Virus record (IMG/VR): IMGVR_UViG_3300033061_000668
Location: 3,303-67,302 of that record
Length of the DNA: 64,000 nt
Source of the DNA: a virus
Lineage: Duplodnaviria; Caudoviricetes
Reading direction: 5' to 3' (one strand)
Shown here: in pieces, positions 46,814-55,433 of the stretch
Position numbering within the stretch: position 1 is the first letter of the stretch
Layout of the letters: each line of letters begins with the position of its first letter
Position numbers and translations under genes: made by a program
The notes under the pieces: generated by a model
The model's database searches: none
Told to the model about the DNA's origin: nothing
Seen by the model: the letters and a program-made list of their open reading frames with translations, nothing else

Positions 46814-47239
46814 ATGCCAGCCAAACCCTGTCCCCCCGAGACTCAAGATATTGCAGCCAATCTTGCCAACCGCAAGAAGGCAATCAAGACGGCCATGTAT
46901 GGCCCGATGAACCCTAATGAACCCAACGATGAGTATTGGGCAAAGTTAGCTGAAGAGTTTGGTAATACTCCAGAGGAAGCAAAGAAGTCCCGATGTGGGA
47001 ACTGCGCAGCTTTCAACGTGACTACACGCATGAAAAACTGTATTGCCCAAGGCTTGGGACAAGACCAGGGAGACGAGTGGGTAACTATTGACGCTGGCGA
47101 TTTGGGATACTGTGAAGCATTTGATTTCAAGTGTGCGGCCCTGCGTACCTGCAAAGCTTGGATTGTGGGAGGTCCGCTTGACGACGCCAAGGATAACGAA
47201 AAGAAAAGCTTTGTAGATGCAGTAGAAGAGCAGGTATAG
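46814..47239 (+). CDS. Conserved Cys-rich phage protein
   Basis: RCGNCAAF...C...GYC..FDFKCAA.RTC.AW. Confidence 0.7.
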   Translation: MPAKPCPPETQDIAANLANRKKAIKTAMYGPMNPNEPNDEYWAKLAEEFGNTPEEAKKSRCGNCAAFNVTTRMKNCIAQGLGQDQGDEWVTIDAGDLGYCEAFDFKCAALRTCKAWIVGGPLDDAKDNEKKSFVDAVEEQV

Positions 47240-47248
47240 AAAGAATAT

Positions 47249-47719
47249 ATGCCAAGCAAATTTGAAGTATATCTGCAAACAGCAGAAGCCAAGCGTCCCG
47301 TCCAGATGAAGCCGCAGGATGTTGTTCCAAAAGCTACGCAGGGTGGAAGCAAAGGAGACATGCTTCTTACTGCTTTGATGACGGCCCACAATCAATTTAA
47401 AATTTTTCATTGGCAGACCAAATCTTTTTCTCAGCATGAAGCTTTTGGAAAAATCTATGAGTCTCTTGGGGAGAACATGGACGAATTTATTGAGACTTAC
47501 ATGGGAAGGTATCAACGCATCTATGCTTCGAAGGGCAGGTTCCTGATTAATCTGGATAACTATTCCGAGAGTTACCTGGCTTTTGTGGATGCCTTCATCT
47601 ACTTCTTGCAGGATGAGTTGCCGACTTGCCTCGGACCAAAAGATACCGATCTGCTAAATATCCGCGACGAGATTCTCGGTAACGTCAACCAGCTCAAGTA
47701 TCTTTTGACATTCCCCTAA
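47249..47719 (+). CDS. Ferritin/Dps-like four-helix protein (DUF5856-like)
   Basis: HWQTKSFSQHEAFG..YE...MDEFIE...IRDEIL..VNQLKYLLT. Confidence 0.75.
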   Translation: MPSKFEVYLQTAEAKRPVQMKPQDVVPKATQGGSKGDMLLTALMTAHNQFKIFHWQTKSFSQHEAFGKIYESLGENMDEFIETYMGRYQRIYASKGRFLINLDNYSESYLAFVDAFIYFLQDELPTCLGPKDTDLLNIRDEILGNVNQLKYLLTFP

Positions 47720-47735
47720 TTCGGAGGGTTGGGTT

Positions 47736-47834
47736 ATGCCGGACTATTTCCCGGAAAATAATACAGCCCTGTGGTCGGACACGGGGGTTCGCAGTCTTCA
47801 GACTTATTTGCTTCGATGGACTGGGAAGAAATAA
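47736..47834 (+). CDS. Small hypothetical protein (32 aa)
   Basis: GGAGG upstream; MPDYFPENNTALWSDTGVRSLQTYLLRWTGKK. Confidence 0.4.
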   Translation: MPDYFPENNTALWSDTGVRSLQTYLLRWTGKK

Positions 47835-47935
47835 GTCGTTAGTTCTTGTGGTATAACGCCAGCTTGGCTACCTTATCAAGCAAGCCCTGACGTGGTCGAT
47901 GAGAATGATCGATTAAGCTCTTAACCTTTTTCTTT

Positions 47936-48196
47936 TTATTTTTGGCCACGGATTTTTCTAAATCCAACAATAGGTACTTCGCTCCAGGCCAAGGCTACGT
48001 GCAGCTCATTATCCTCAAACCAAACATCTATCTCTGGATTGTAGCCTTGCTTTAATTTATCGTGGAGATCATGGAAAGCTTTTCGGGTAATAACCAGCTC
48101 TTCCGATTTACCATCGACCGCAGCAGCGGCGAGTAATACACGGAGGAACTGTTCGGATAGTTCGCCGAACTTTGCTTCTGCAAGCTTCTTGGGCAC
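47936..48196 (-). CDS. Hypothetical protein
   Basis: 86 aa, GTG start 6 nt after a promoter -10. Confidence 0.6.
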   Translation of the reverse strand: MPKKLAEAKFGELSEQFLRVLLAAAAVDGKSEELVITRKAFHDLHDKLKQGYNPEIDVWFEDNELHVALAWSEVPIVGFRKIRGQK

Positions 48197-48202
48197 AATT
48201 CA

Positions 48203-48230
48203 ATGCTGACTGGCAGGGTTGCCAAGTCAA
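48203..48230 (-). promoter_or_regulatory. Promoter TTGACT-N16-CAGCAT (leaderless)
   Basis: 6 nt upstream of GTG 48196; spacer is itself an inverted repeat (TGGCA/TGCCA). Confidence 0.6.
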
Positions 48231-48321
48231 TATAGCTGGGACAAACTGGGGAAATGAGGAACACAAAGCGCGATATTATTTGGCTGACGTATCTGGTCAC
48301 GCTTTCAATTATTAAAACTGT

Positions 48322-48513
48322 ATGTATACTTATCGGAAGAAGGATAAAACTGTGCTAAAAAATATTCCCGAGTCCCCAGAGTTGGCGATACTTCCAGAAC
48401 AAGTCACGGATATTTTGCAATTTGCGCGTGCTTGTTCTCTCGGTATCATCACCCCTGAGGAACTCGGGAATAAATTAGATGACTTTGAAACTTGGATTGG
48501 TGAGAACTTTTAG
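48322..48513 (+). CDS. Hypothetical protein
   Basis: 63 aa, lone plus-strand ORF. Confidence 0.45.
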   Translation: MYTYRKKDKTVLKNIPESPELAILPEQVTDILQFARACSLGIITPEELGNKLDDFETWIGENF

Positions 48514-48668
48514 GTTCTAACCGCTACAAGCTTCTTATGGATGTTGACCATCGCGGTCTGCAAACATCCAATCAATCCAAGATATCCGAACCATAGAAAT
48601 ACGGTTACGGATAACATGACGATTCCAAAACTAACTGCTTCGAATAACCATTGTAGTCTTGGCTTCAT
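48510..48668 (-). CDS. Small membrane protein (52 aa)
   Basis: MKPRLQWLFEAVSFGIVMLSVTVFLWFGYLGLIGCL; ATGA-coupled. Confidence 0.5.
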   Translation of the reverse strand: MKPRLQWLFEAVSFGIVMLSVTVFLWFGYLGLIGCLQTAMVNIHKKLVAVRT

Positions 48669-48874
48669 CCTTGAACACCTGCCAATCGGAGGGCTTCATC
48701 TGCACCTGCCTTGTACACGTTCTGAAGAACGTCATCAAGGAACTCTGGGTCCAGTTCTAATTTTAGATTTTCCACCTTCTTATTGGCTGTGTCCACTTCT
48801 GCTTTGAATGCGATCTTATGGATGCTGTCACCAGCGCCCCAAAGAATCTCACCATTTACTTTTTTCATATTCAT
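48665..48874 (-). CDS. Hypothetical protein
   Basis: 69 aa, coupled. Confidence 0.6.
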   Translation of the reverse strand: MNMKKVNGEILWGAGDSIHKIAFKAEVDTANKKVENLKLELDPEFLDDVLQNVYKAGADEALRLAGVQG

Positions 48875-49509
48875 TCTAATGCCTCACTCCAGTACCGACT
48901 ATTTTTATACCCCTGCAACTTATCCCACCAGATGAATCTGGCGGTAGCCGCTGGGATACCGTACTCCTGCGAGCAGGTCTGCCACTCGTTCTCAAGCGCG
49001 AGGTAGTCAGTCCTGTTCACTTTCCTATCCCTCTTGTGGATAGACTTGAGCACACGACGATCGAGGCAAACAACGTTTGACTCCTCGTGATGCTTCATCT
49101 CCACATAGAAGCTTGACTTAGCAATCGCCAACCCTGGCACGTTGTCTGCAATCCTATCACGGTATTGCGTCAACGGCTCGTTGGCATAACGCTCGAAGAT
49201 GTGAGGCTTGGCCTGGAACATCTGATCAAACTTCCAGATGCTCACGGCTTTCGTCCGCCACAGTCCAGTCTTGGTTTGGTACAGTTCGAACTGTAACTTG
49301 CCGAGATCGGACTTCCACGAGTCGCGATTCTTGATTGCGTTAAAGGCTTTCACGTTCTGCTTCCAACCAAAGTTGGCCGCAAGAATCGAGAAAATCCAGA
49401 AGCGCCATTCGTCTTCTCGGGACTTGGGCTTAATCTTGTCCCAGTAGTTGACGTAACGGCTGACCTCTCGGGACTTCAGTCCCTCAAATACTTCACGTAC
49501 CCCAGTCAT
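48871..49509 (-). CDS. HhH-GPD superfamily DNA glycosylase-like protein
   Basis: FSILAAN, HhH VPGLAIAKSSF, VVCLDRRV, YLALE..W, RFIWW; start moved to ATG 49509. Confidence 0.65.
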   Translation of the reverse strand: MTGVREVFEGLKSREVSRYVNYWDKIKPKSREDEWRFWIFSILAANFGWKQNVKAFNAIKNRDSWKSDLGKLQFELYQTKTGLWRTKAVSIWKFDQMFQAKPHIFERYANEPLTQYRDRIADNVPGLAIAKSSFYVEMKHHEESNVVCLDRRVLKSIHKRDRKVNRTDYLALENEWQTCSQEYGIPAATARFIWWDKLQGYKNSRYWSEALE

Positions 49510-49717
49510 AAAACAAGGGAAGCGTGACTCCGTCGGGAGACGGATGCTGTCGCACCTCGCCTCCATGCTTCGTTGCATCGTTGTTCAAGGCTTCCATCTC
49601 CTCAGAAGTGTAGCCTCGGATGGAGTCATTACGGATACCCGTGATAAAGTCCACCCACGTTTCATCGATCGATAGGAACTTTTGTTCCGTTGGTTTTGTA
49701 ATACAATAACAGTTCAT
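49493..49717 (-). CDS. Hypothetical protein
   Basis: 74 aa, coupled. Confidence 0.5.
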   Translation of the reverse strand: MNCYCITKPTEQKFLSIDETWVDFITGIRNDSIRGYTSEEMEALNNDATKHGGEVRQHPSPDGVTLPLFYDWGT

Positions 49718-49878
49718 CGTGAGCTCCTTTCATTATCTATGTAGATTGAAATGTCTGACTTTAACTCTGATGGTTTGATTTTGCCATTGGCTATATCGGC
49801 TAAAATGTAATAGACATCATCCATTTCTATTAACCAATCCTCAACCATCCTTGGTGTTATTTTTTTTGTTATACTCAT
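49714..49878 (-). CDS. Hypothetical protein (54 aa)
   Basis: MSITKKITPRMVEDWLIEMDDVYYILADIANG; ATGA-coupled both sides. Confidence 0.55.
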   Translation of the reverse strand: MSITKKITPRMVEDWLIEMDDVYYILADIANGKIKPSELKSDISIYIDNERSSR

Positions 49879-50093
49879 AGTGTTGCTCCTGACTTGTGCT
49901 CGTGAACCATGATACTCAACAAGCCAATGACCTTGGCTTCGAAGGTATCGATGAACTCACTACTAACTCTCGACGGGGCAGACTTCGTAGGGGCAAGCCC
50001 CATTTCCAGCCTCGTCTTATTACGCTCCTTGAACTTGGCATTCGCCATGTCCAGAGCCGACCGCTTAACTGATGCTCTATTTATTAGACTCAT
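49875..50093 (-). CDS. Putative histone-fold protein (alpha3-truncated)
   Basis: LINRASVK (alpha1), RVSSEF (L1), long alpha2, terminal GATL (L2). Confidence 0.55.
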   Translation of the reverse strand: MSLINRASVKRSALDMANAKFKERNKTRLEMGLAPTKSAPSRVSSEFIDTFEAKVIGLLSIMVHEHKSGATL

Positions 50094-50956
50094 ACAACTC
50101 CTTGCCCAAAGTATTTCAACTTTGGAAATAAGTTTTCCATACCTTCACGAATCCAAGGACTCCAGTATTTATCTGGAACCAACCAGCAACCAACTACAGC
50201 AAGGGCAACTGCTAGCGCAGTCTTCCTGCTATAACCTGTCCACCCGATCTTGCGAAGGGCAGACAATGACTTGGCTGCGAAACTACCCGCGGGTTGTGTC
50301 CCGTGGATGAGCAACGCAAACGGCTTGCCAGACTTGTAAGCGTGGCTGTCGTCGTGGTCGATCTCTAGCTTCTTGTCCTCTGCTTCCTTGGTACTGAACA
50401 CAACCTCTGCATACTTCAGGTCGTGCTTGGCGATCAACTCATCGTGGGCTCCGCCTCGACTTGCATTGAGCGCAAAGTTCTTTGGGATATCCCCGATACG
50501 CCGAATCCAGAAGGGTAAGCTTTTGGTATAGGCATAGAAGGTGCGGAGTGGTTGGCATCTGGCCACATGCATCCATGCATCGAAGTAGAACTGGTTGAAG
50601 AAGTCACCCGATACGTGAACCCGAATGATACCAGCTTGTCTTGGGAGACTTGCTTGAATCAGTTCGGACATCTCGGCTGTCGATTTGCCTTTCAGCAACT
50701 CGAAGTTGTGCCACCTCTGCAACCGCGTGTTCTTGTACTGAGCCTCATCGGATGCGGCAAAGCAACGGAACTTGGTGTCAGTACCGTCCGTAATCTTGCC
50801 CGTATCACGATTGGCTTTGGACAAACACTCCAATGCACCTGGGCAGGCAAACCCTGCTGGGAGACTGAAGGTCCAGATGTCTCGCCCAAGCTTCGCGTTA
50901 CCGCGATTAAATTTGAGCAAGTCTGATTTCACGGGTGTAGATCTTTTTGTTTTCAT
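50090..50956 (-). CDS. Gp88-like (radical-SAM-related) protein
   Basis: FSLPAGFACPG..EC...RCFA, RVHVSGDF, FYAYTK; start moved to ATG 50956. Confidence 0.7.
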   Translation of the reverse strand: MKTKRSTPVKSDLLKFNRGNAKLGRDIWTFSLPAGFACPGALECLSKANRDTGKITDGTDTKFRCFAASDEAQYKNTRLQRWHNFELLKGKSTAEMSELIQASLPRQAGIIRVHVSGDFFNQFYFDAWMHVARCQPLRTFYAYTKSLPFWIRRIGDIPKNFALNASRGGAHDELIAKHDLKYAEVVFSTKEAEDKKLEIDHDDSHAYKSGKPFALLIHGTQPAGSFAAKSLSALRKIGWTGYSRKTALAVALAVVGCWLVPDKYWSPWIREGMENLFPKLKYFGQGVV

Positions 50957-51185
50957 CTTTTTGGTTCCATGGTTTCTTACCTTCGAATCGTTCCTTGCGG
51001 ACCAGATTGCTATTGCTGTCCAATCCAGTTGCCTCACACCATTCGGCAAGAAGAACCGAAGCGTCTCCGCCTCGAAGCTTCAATGTTTCGATGATGGATG
51101 CATCCTCTTTGTGCCAGCCCAAGCCATAAGGGAACTTAGTTCCCGCGATGTCTCTAGCTTGCTTACCTGTGTACACGGCTTCCAT
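50907..51185 (-). CDS. Hypothetical protein
   Basis: 92 aa. Confidence 0.5.
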   Translation of the reverse strand: MEAVYTGKQARDIAGTKFPYGLGWHKEDASIIETLKLRGGDASVLLAEWCEATGLDSNSNLVRKERFEGKKPWNQKDENKKIYTREIRLAQI

Positions 51186-51325
51186 TATGATCTCCTCGCT
51201 AGTTCTTCCACAATGTGTCTGGCGTATAGGCTAGCGGATTCGTCGCCTTTCGCAGGACGCTCATCCGTTTTCGGATAAGACGTCCGTAGGTCTTCAAGTT
51301 TCTTCATCAGGTTTTCTTTTGTCAT
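51185..51325 (-). CDS. Hypothetical protein (46 aa)
   Basis: MTKENLMKKLEDLR...; TAATG coupling. Confidence 0.45.
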   Translation of the reverse strand: MTKENLMKKLEDLRTSYPKTDERPAKGDESASLYARHIVEELARRS

Positions 51326-51336
51326 ATATTTAATTT

Positions 51337-51576
51337 TCATGCAGGCTCCTTTTCATCAAGTTGATATTGAATTTCATTCTCAATACTTTCTTTAATTACT
51401 TGTTCTTCACTTTCGGAATCAATGTTTTCCAAGGCTTGATACCACATTCTATTGGTTATTTTTTGGTTCTCGAAGTTATCCTCAAACTCGTCTTTAGCCC
51501 AAAACATAACGTAAAGGACATCGGAAGGTTCGAAGAGAGCTAACTTCTTTTTTAGTTGACTTACTGTGTAGATCAT
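51337..51576 (-). CDS. Hypothetical acidic protein
   Basis: 79 aa, SD AAGGA. Confidence 0.6.
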   Translation of the reverse strand: MIYTVSQLKKKLALFEPSDVLYVMFWAKDEFEDNFENQKITNRMWYQALENIDSESEEQVIKESIENEIQYQLDEKEPA

Positions 51577-51591
51577 AATTTCCTTTTAATT

Positions 51592-51620
51592 GGGGCGGAT
51601 GGGATTTGCCCACCCGCCCC
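51592..51620 (-). promoter_or_regulatory. GC-rich RNA hairpin after rIIB (stability element or weak terminator)
   Basis: 12-bp stem; G-U pair only on the minus strand; no U-tract. Confidence 0.4.
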
Positions 51621-51626
51621 GAATGA

Positions 51627-52478
51627 TTAGCGATTCGATACTGCGTCGAGCAACTGACGAGCCGCGGTACGGATTGCCGTAACAAGGCTGTCGTCGCTGT
51701 CAGTTTCATCAGTCTCGACATCTTCTTCGTTGTAGATGTCATCTTCTGTGGAGTCATACGACTCAGCGTATGTCTTGGGTAGTGGGCCCGTGTAGTCCGC
51801 GACAACCTCATACTTTGCAGTACGAAGCTTCTGGAACTCGCAGTCATTGGGCACCGACACCACATCCTCGGGGTTGATCTTGACGATCACGACCCGACGA
51901 TCGGCACCACCGAAGTTGCCAGCGTAGTCGATCGAGCCAGCATGGAATCCGTAAGAACATCCGTTCTCGGGATTGTCGTCCACACTGCGACGAGCGATAC
52001 TCAACACCTGGCCGACTCTGTTCGAGAACTTGCCAGTGTGGTGGTCCATATAGTTCTCATCAACCGACTTGTAAGCCAAGAAACAGCCATCCTCAGTGAT
52101 CGGCATGTTCTTGTGCTCCAAGAATTGGTAGAGTTGAGCACGACTATTGTGGCTCGGATTGTTGTAGAGATTCTCCAAGAACCGAGTCATCGGTTCCACT
52201 GGTAGATTCTCCTGCATGAAGTTGAGGATTCGTTTGGCGATACGCTCGTCAACGATCTCACCGCGGTGATACACCGAACCGTCTTTCACCTCGACGGAGT
52301 TGCCGAGATACGCATTGAGTGCGTTGGTGATGTCCATCAATTGCTCGATGTCACCCTCCGCACGACCCTCTGCGATCGCGTTAATTACCATCTTTGCATT
52401 TGCGTGGTCACGACGGAGAGTGTGAGACTTCCCGTTGATGACCGCTGTTATTGTTTCGTCAGTTATGATGTAGTTCAT
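51627..52478 (-). CDS. rIIB: RIIB-like protein
   Basis: PITEDGCFLAYK, VDDNPENGCSYGFH, VKINPEDVVSVP, KLRTAKYEVV. Confidence 0.9.
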   Translation of the reverse strand: MNYIITDETITAVINGKSHTLRRDHANAKMVINAIAEGRAEGDIEQLMDITNALNAYLGNSVEVKDGSVYHRGEIVDERIAKRILNFMQENLPVEPMTRFLENLYNNPSHNSRAQLYQFLEHKNMPITEDGCFLAYKSVDENYMDHHTGKFSNRVGQVLSIARRSVDDNPENGCSYGFHAGSIDYAGNFGGADRRVVIVKINPEDVVSVPNDCEFQKLRTAKYEVVADYTGPLPKTYAESYDSTEDDIYNEEDVETDETDSDDSLVTAIRTAARQLLDAVSNR

Positions 52479-52499
52479 ACTTACTGTGTCCTTTCGTTT

Positions 52500-54839
52500 T
52501 TATTTTGTTTTGCGAGCTGCATCTACAAGATGCACATACTCGACAGTGCCTTCTGTTGCATACTCCATTACATCTGTCTGCCAGTTGTTGTGGCGGAATA
52601 ATGGGTACCGCGAAGCTATTTTAGTTCCCTCACCTTTCAGATCATAAGAAGGTTTAGGTAACAACGCTTTGAGTTGTTGATACACGCCTTTCTTATCATC
52701 GTTATTTGATCGGCCAAGAGCCCAAGTATTCTTTGGTTCTTCAAGCCAAGCTGGCAAGGTTTTCTCATCATTCTCTAAAGCAGCAACCATTTCCAGAACC
52801 TTATCCATAAAGATTCGGAATGGGCTGTCGGACTTGATGTCTTTGAGTGGACCAGTCTTTGGATTAGCCCAACGATCAAAGGAAGATCGCTCAAAGAAGC
52901 AACCCTCTTTCCTAAGCCTATCGGTGTGATACGTTCCACGAGAGTTGAAGAAACCCAAGACAGCATAACGATCAGCAATCTTCTGAGCCTTATCGGGATT
53001 AGCTTTGAGAAAAGCTCGTGTCCCCTCCTCGATTGCATCCTGCAATTTAGTCCAAGTTGCATCAACCTTCTTGTCGACATCAGCTTCCTTCACGCCATAG
53101 ATTTGATCGCAATACCCGATTGCTTTCAAGTATTCTTTTGCTCGATGCAGAGGATAATGCTCCTCCATATCAAAGTCCTTACCAGGCATTGACCACTTGA
53201 ATTGGTCGAGTGTTACGTAGACTTTCTTGCCAGTCGTAGGTGCTGCTGAGATTCCCCAATAGTCACTACGCTTGTCTTGGCGTTGATACTTGGCATATAA
53301 AGCAAACACATTCCCCTTGGTGTGTTTGACATTCTTGTCGTATTCAACTTCATCACCATTCGCATCGACACCTTTCTGCTTTGGCGGAGGCGTTGGCAAA
53401 GCCGACACCTGTTGGAATGTCATAGTTGCAAACCACGGGAGAGTCTTGTTGAGAAACTCTCGGCCACCGTTCTTATAGTTGATGATAGTTACGGTTGCCC
53501 CAGCTGGCCCGCTGTTCATCAGCCAGTGACGAACGCGAGCTTCCCCCGAGCCAGTGCCAGTATCATTGATCATCACGACTGCGTCTTTGTGGACAATCAG
53601 TTCATCGACCTCACGATCAACATTGAACTTAGCCTTGCCCCAACTACGCTTGCTTATGCTCATAGCACTGATGCCGTGAGACTTAAGTAACTCGATTTCA
53701 GTCTGATCTTTCTTGAGAGGCGAAGCACACAAGGGGATGCGATTATCGTCATGCATATCGATTCCCTTCCACTTCAGCTTGCCTTTCAGCTTCTTGACAA
53801 TGCCCTCACGGAAACTGGAGGAACTATATCCGCCAGTGCCAGTGAACCTACGCAAGATCAAGTGAGCTTGGAAGTAATCTGGAGCCGATTGAATGTCGGC
53901 AAGCAAGGTCGACCCCATCGAGTCAATGACTGGATTGAGATGCTTGACCAAGCCTTGGATTGTCTTCTGCGAATACTGCAAGTCCTCACGAGACGGAGCG
54001 ACTTGGACATCGCCAAGATCGACCCTCACGTAGACTCCAGCGTCAATCAACTGCTTGATTACTGGTGAGCCAGAGAAGTCAGACTTGAGCGGGTAAAGCA
54101 CAAGACCCATCTGGAGCCAGCTTTGGCCTTCACCATTGAAAGACCAGTTGGTTCCTTTGATAATGCCATCTTTGTATGTCTGAGTGGCATACTCTTTCTT
54201 CTCTTCTGGCGTTAGGTTGACGATGTCAGGCCGAACATCAAAGACACGATAGACCTGAATCGCAGTGCTGCGAAACCGACTAATGTCTTGAGGCCGAACT
54301 GGAATCGAGATCTCAACACCAGAGGGTTCGTTGGTCTTGGTCTCGCTTAACAGCGATGCCTTGCCCACCTCACTCTCGTCGATGTGACAATTCCAGATAC
54401 GCTTGACTCCGTCTTTGTGGGGGGTAACTCCGTTGTAATCGGTTACCGTGATGGCATCCGTATAGGCACCATACGATTTGCAACCGATACCAAGACAGCC
54501 CGTGAAGGCGTTGCTTGCCCGCTTGTCGCTACCACCATACGAGCAGAACAACTCTTGGAACTTCTCCTTGCCAAGTCCAGGGCCGAAGTCACGAATCGTG
54601 AATACTGGCTTCATACCAGTCGGAAGCGAGACTTGGATGGGCTTGTTGGTTTTACCATTGAGGATGTGACCCTCGCAGGCATTGGTGCCATACTCACGCA
54701 CAACCGCTCTGATCGGGTCAGAGTAAGCTTTGCGTAGGATACTGGCGATGTGACCGAGGTTGGACGCATCGATCTTGTAGTCGATCGTGTCGGTAACCCC
54801 GCTCGATACTGGCGTGTTTCTAGATGACGTAATTATCAT
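52500..54839 (-). CDS. rIIA: RIIA-like protein (GHKL/Hsp90-like ATPase N-terminus)
   Basis: VVREYGTNA, IRDFGPG, GCLGIGCKS; adjacent to rIIB. Confidence 0.88.
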   Translation of the reverse strand: MIITSSRNTPVSSGVTDTIDYKIDASNLGHIASILRKAYSDPIRAVVREYGTNACEGHILNGKTNKPIQVSLPTGMKPVFTIRDFGPGLGKEKFQELFCSYGGSDKRASNAFTGCLGIGCKSYGAYTDAITVTDYNGVTPHKDGVKRIWNCHIDESEVGKASLLSETKTNEPSGVEISIPVRPQDISRFRSTAIQVYRVFDVRPDIVNLTPEEKKEYATQTYKDGIIKGTNWSFNGEGQSWLQMGLVLYPLKSDFSGSPVIKQLIDAGVYVRVDLGDVQVAPSREDLQYSQKTIQGLVKHLNPVIDSMGSTLLADIQSAPDYFQAHLILRRFTGTGGYSSSSFREGIVKKLKGKLKWKGIDMHDDNRIPLCASPLKKDQTEIELLKSHGISAMSISKRSWGKAKFNVDREVDELIVHKDAVVMINDTGTGSGEARVRHWLMNSGPAGATVTIINYKNGGREFLNKTLPWFATMTFQQVSALPTPPPKQKGVDANGDEVEYDKNVKHTKGNVFALYAKYQRQDKRSDYWGISAAPTTGKKVYVTLDQFKWSMPGKDFDMEEHYPLHRAKEYLKAIGYCDQIYGVKEADVDKKVDATWTKLQDAIEEGTRAFLKANPDKAQKIADRYAVLGFFNSRGTYHTDRLRKEGCFFERSSFDRWANPKTGPLKDIKSDSPFRIFMDKVLEMVAALENDEKTLPAWLEEPKNTWALGRSNNDDKKGVYQQLKALLPKPSYDLKGEGTKIASRYPLFRHNNWQTDVMEYATEGTVEYVHLVDAARKTK

Positions 54840-55029
54840 TGACTTTTTCCTTTCTGTTCAGTTCAACTTTCCAGATGATGGCTTCACCATTCTCGTAACA
54901 GTAAGCAATTTTCTGCGCCCGTTCGTAGTGTGTGAATAACTGGTCGTTGAGTAATACATTGTCTTTGTCAAACAAAGCGTAGCCATCCCACTTTGTTATC
55001 TCGTCTGCAATCTTTACAGCCTCACTCAC
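54820..55029 (-). CDS. Hypothetical protein
   Basis: GTG 55029 overlaps upstream stop. Confidence 0.5.
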   Translation of the reverse strand: MSEAVKIADEITKWDGYALFDKDNVLLNDQLFTHYERAQKIAYCYENGEAIIWKVELNRKEKVNDNYVI

Positions 55030-55339
55030 CTGTAGGAATCCTACGAGCTGTGAAGTGCCACTCTTCGCTCGAGACGGTTGAAGCCTCGATGATGTGGTTG
55101 ACTTGCTCTGGTGTAAGATACTTGAGCAGGTTGGATTTGAGCAAAGGTTTGGCAAGTCTTGCCTTATCGTGCTCATCCATCTGAACCGTGAAGTGCTGGC
55201 CTACCCAGCTTTTGATTCCTTGCTTCGCGGATTCTAGGAATAGACTCCGATACTCTTTGCGTTTCTCATTGGATAGTTTGAGCCACTCGGTCGCCCGACC
55301 GAACTCATCTACCACTTCTGATGGTATTGTTAGTTCCAT
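55022..55339 (-). CDS. Hypothetical protein
   Basis: AAAGGACACA then ATG 55339. Confidence 0.55.
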   Translation of the reverse strand: MELTIPSEVVDEFGRATEWLKLSNEKRKEYRSLFLESAKQGIKSWVGQHFTVQMDEHDKARLAKPLLKSNLLKYLTPEQVNHIIEASTVSSEEWHFTARRIPTGE

Positions 55340-55365
55340 ATTGTGTCCTTTCATTTTGGTTTTCG

Positions 55366-55433
55366 TTTGTTTCCAGCCGATCGGCCAGACTGCTACCCCG
55401 CCGTGTGAGCGACGGGGCAGAGTGTCTAGTCGC
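55366..55433 (-). ncRNA. Repeated structured element, copy 1
   Basis: UAGAC/GUCUG stem, variable inner hairpin, GCC-GAUC-GGC hairpin, UGGAAACAAA tail. Confidence 0.55.

Noticed and set aside
51556-51579. TTGACT...CATAAT on the plus strand
   Set aside because: Spacer is only 12 nt and it points antisense to the early genes
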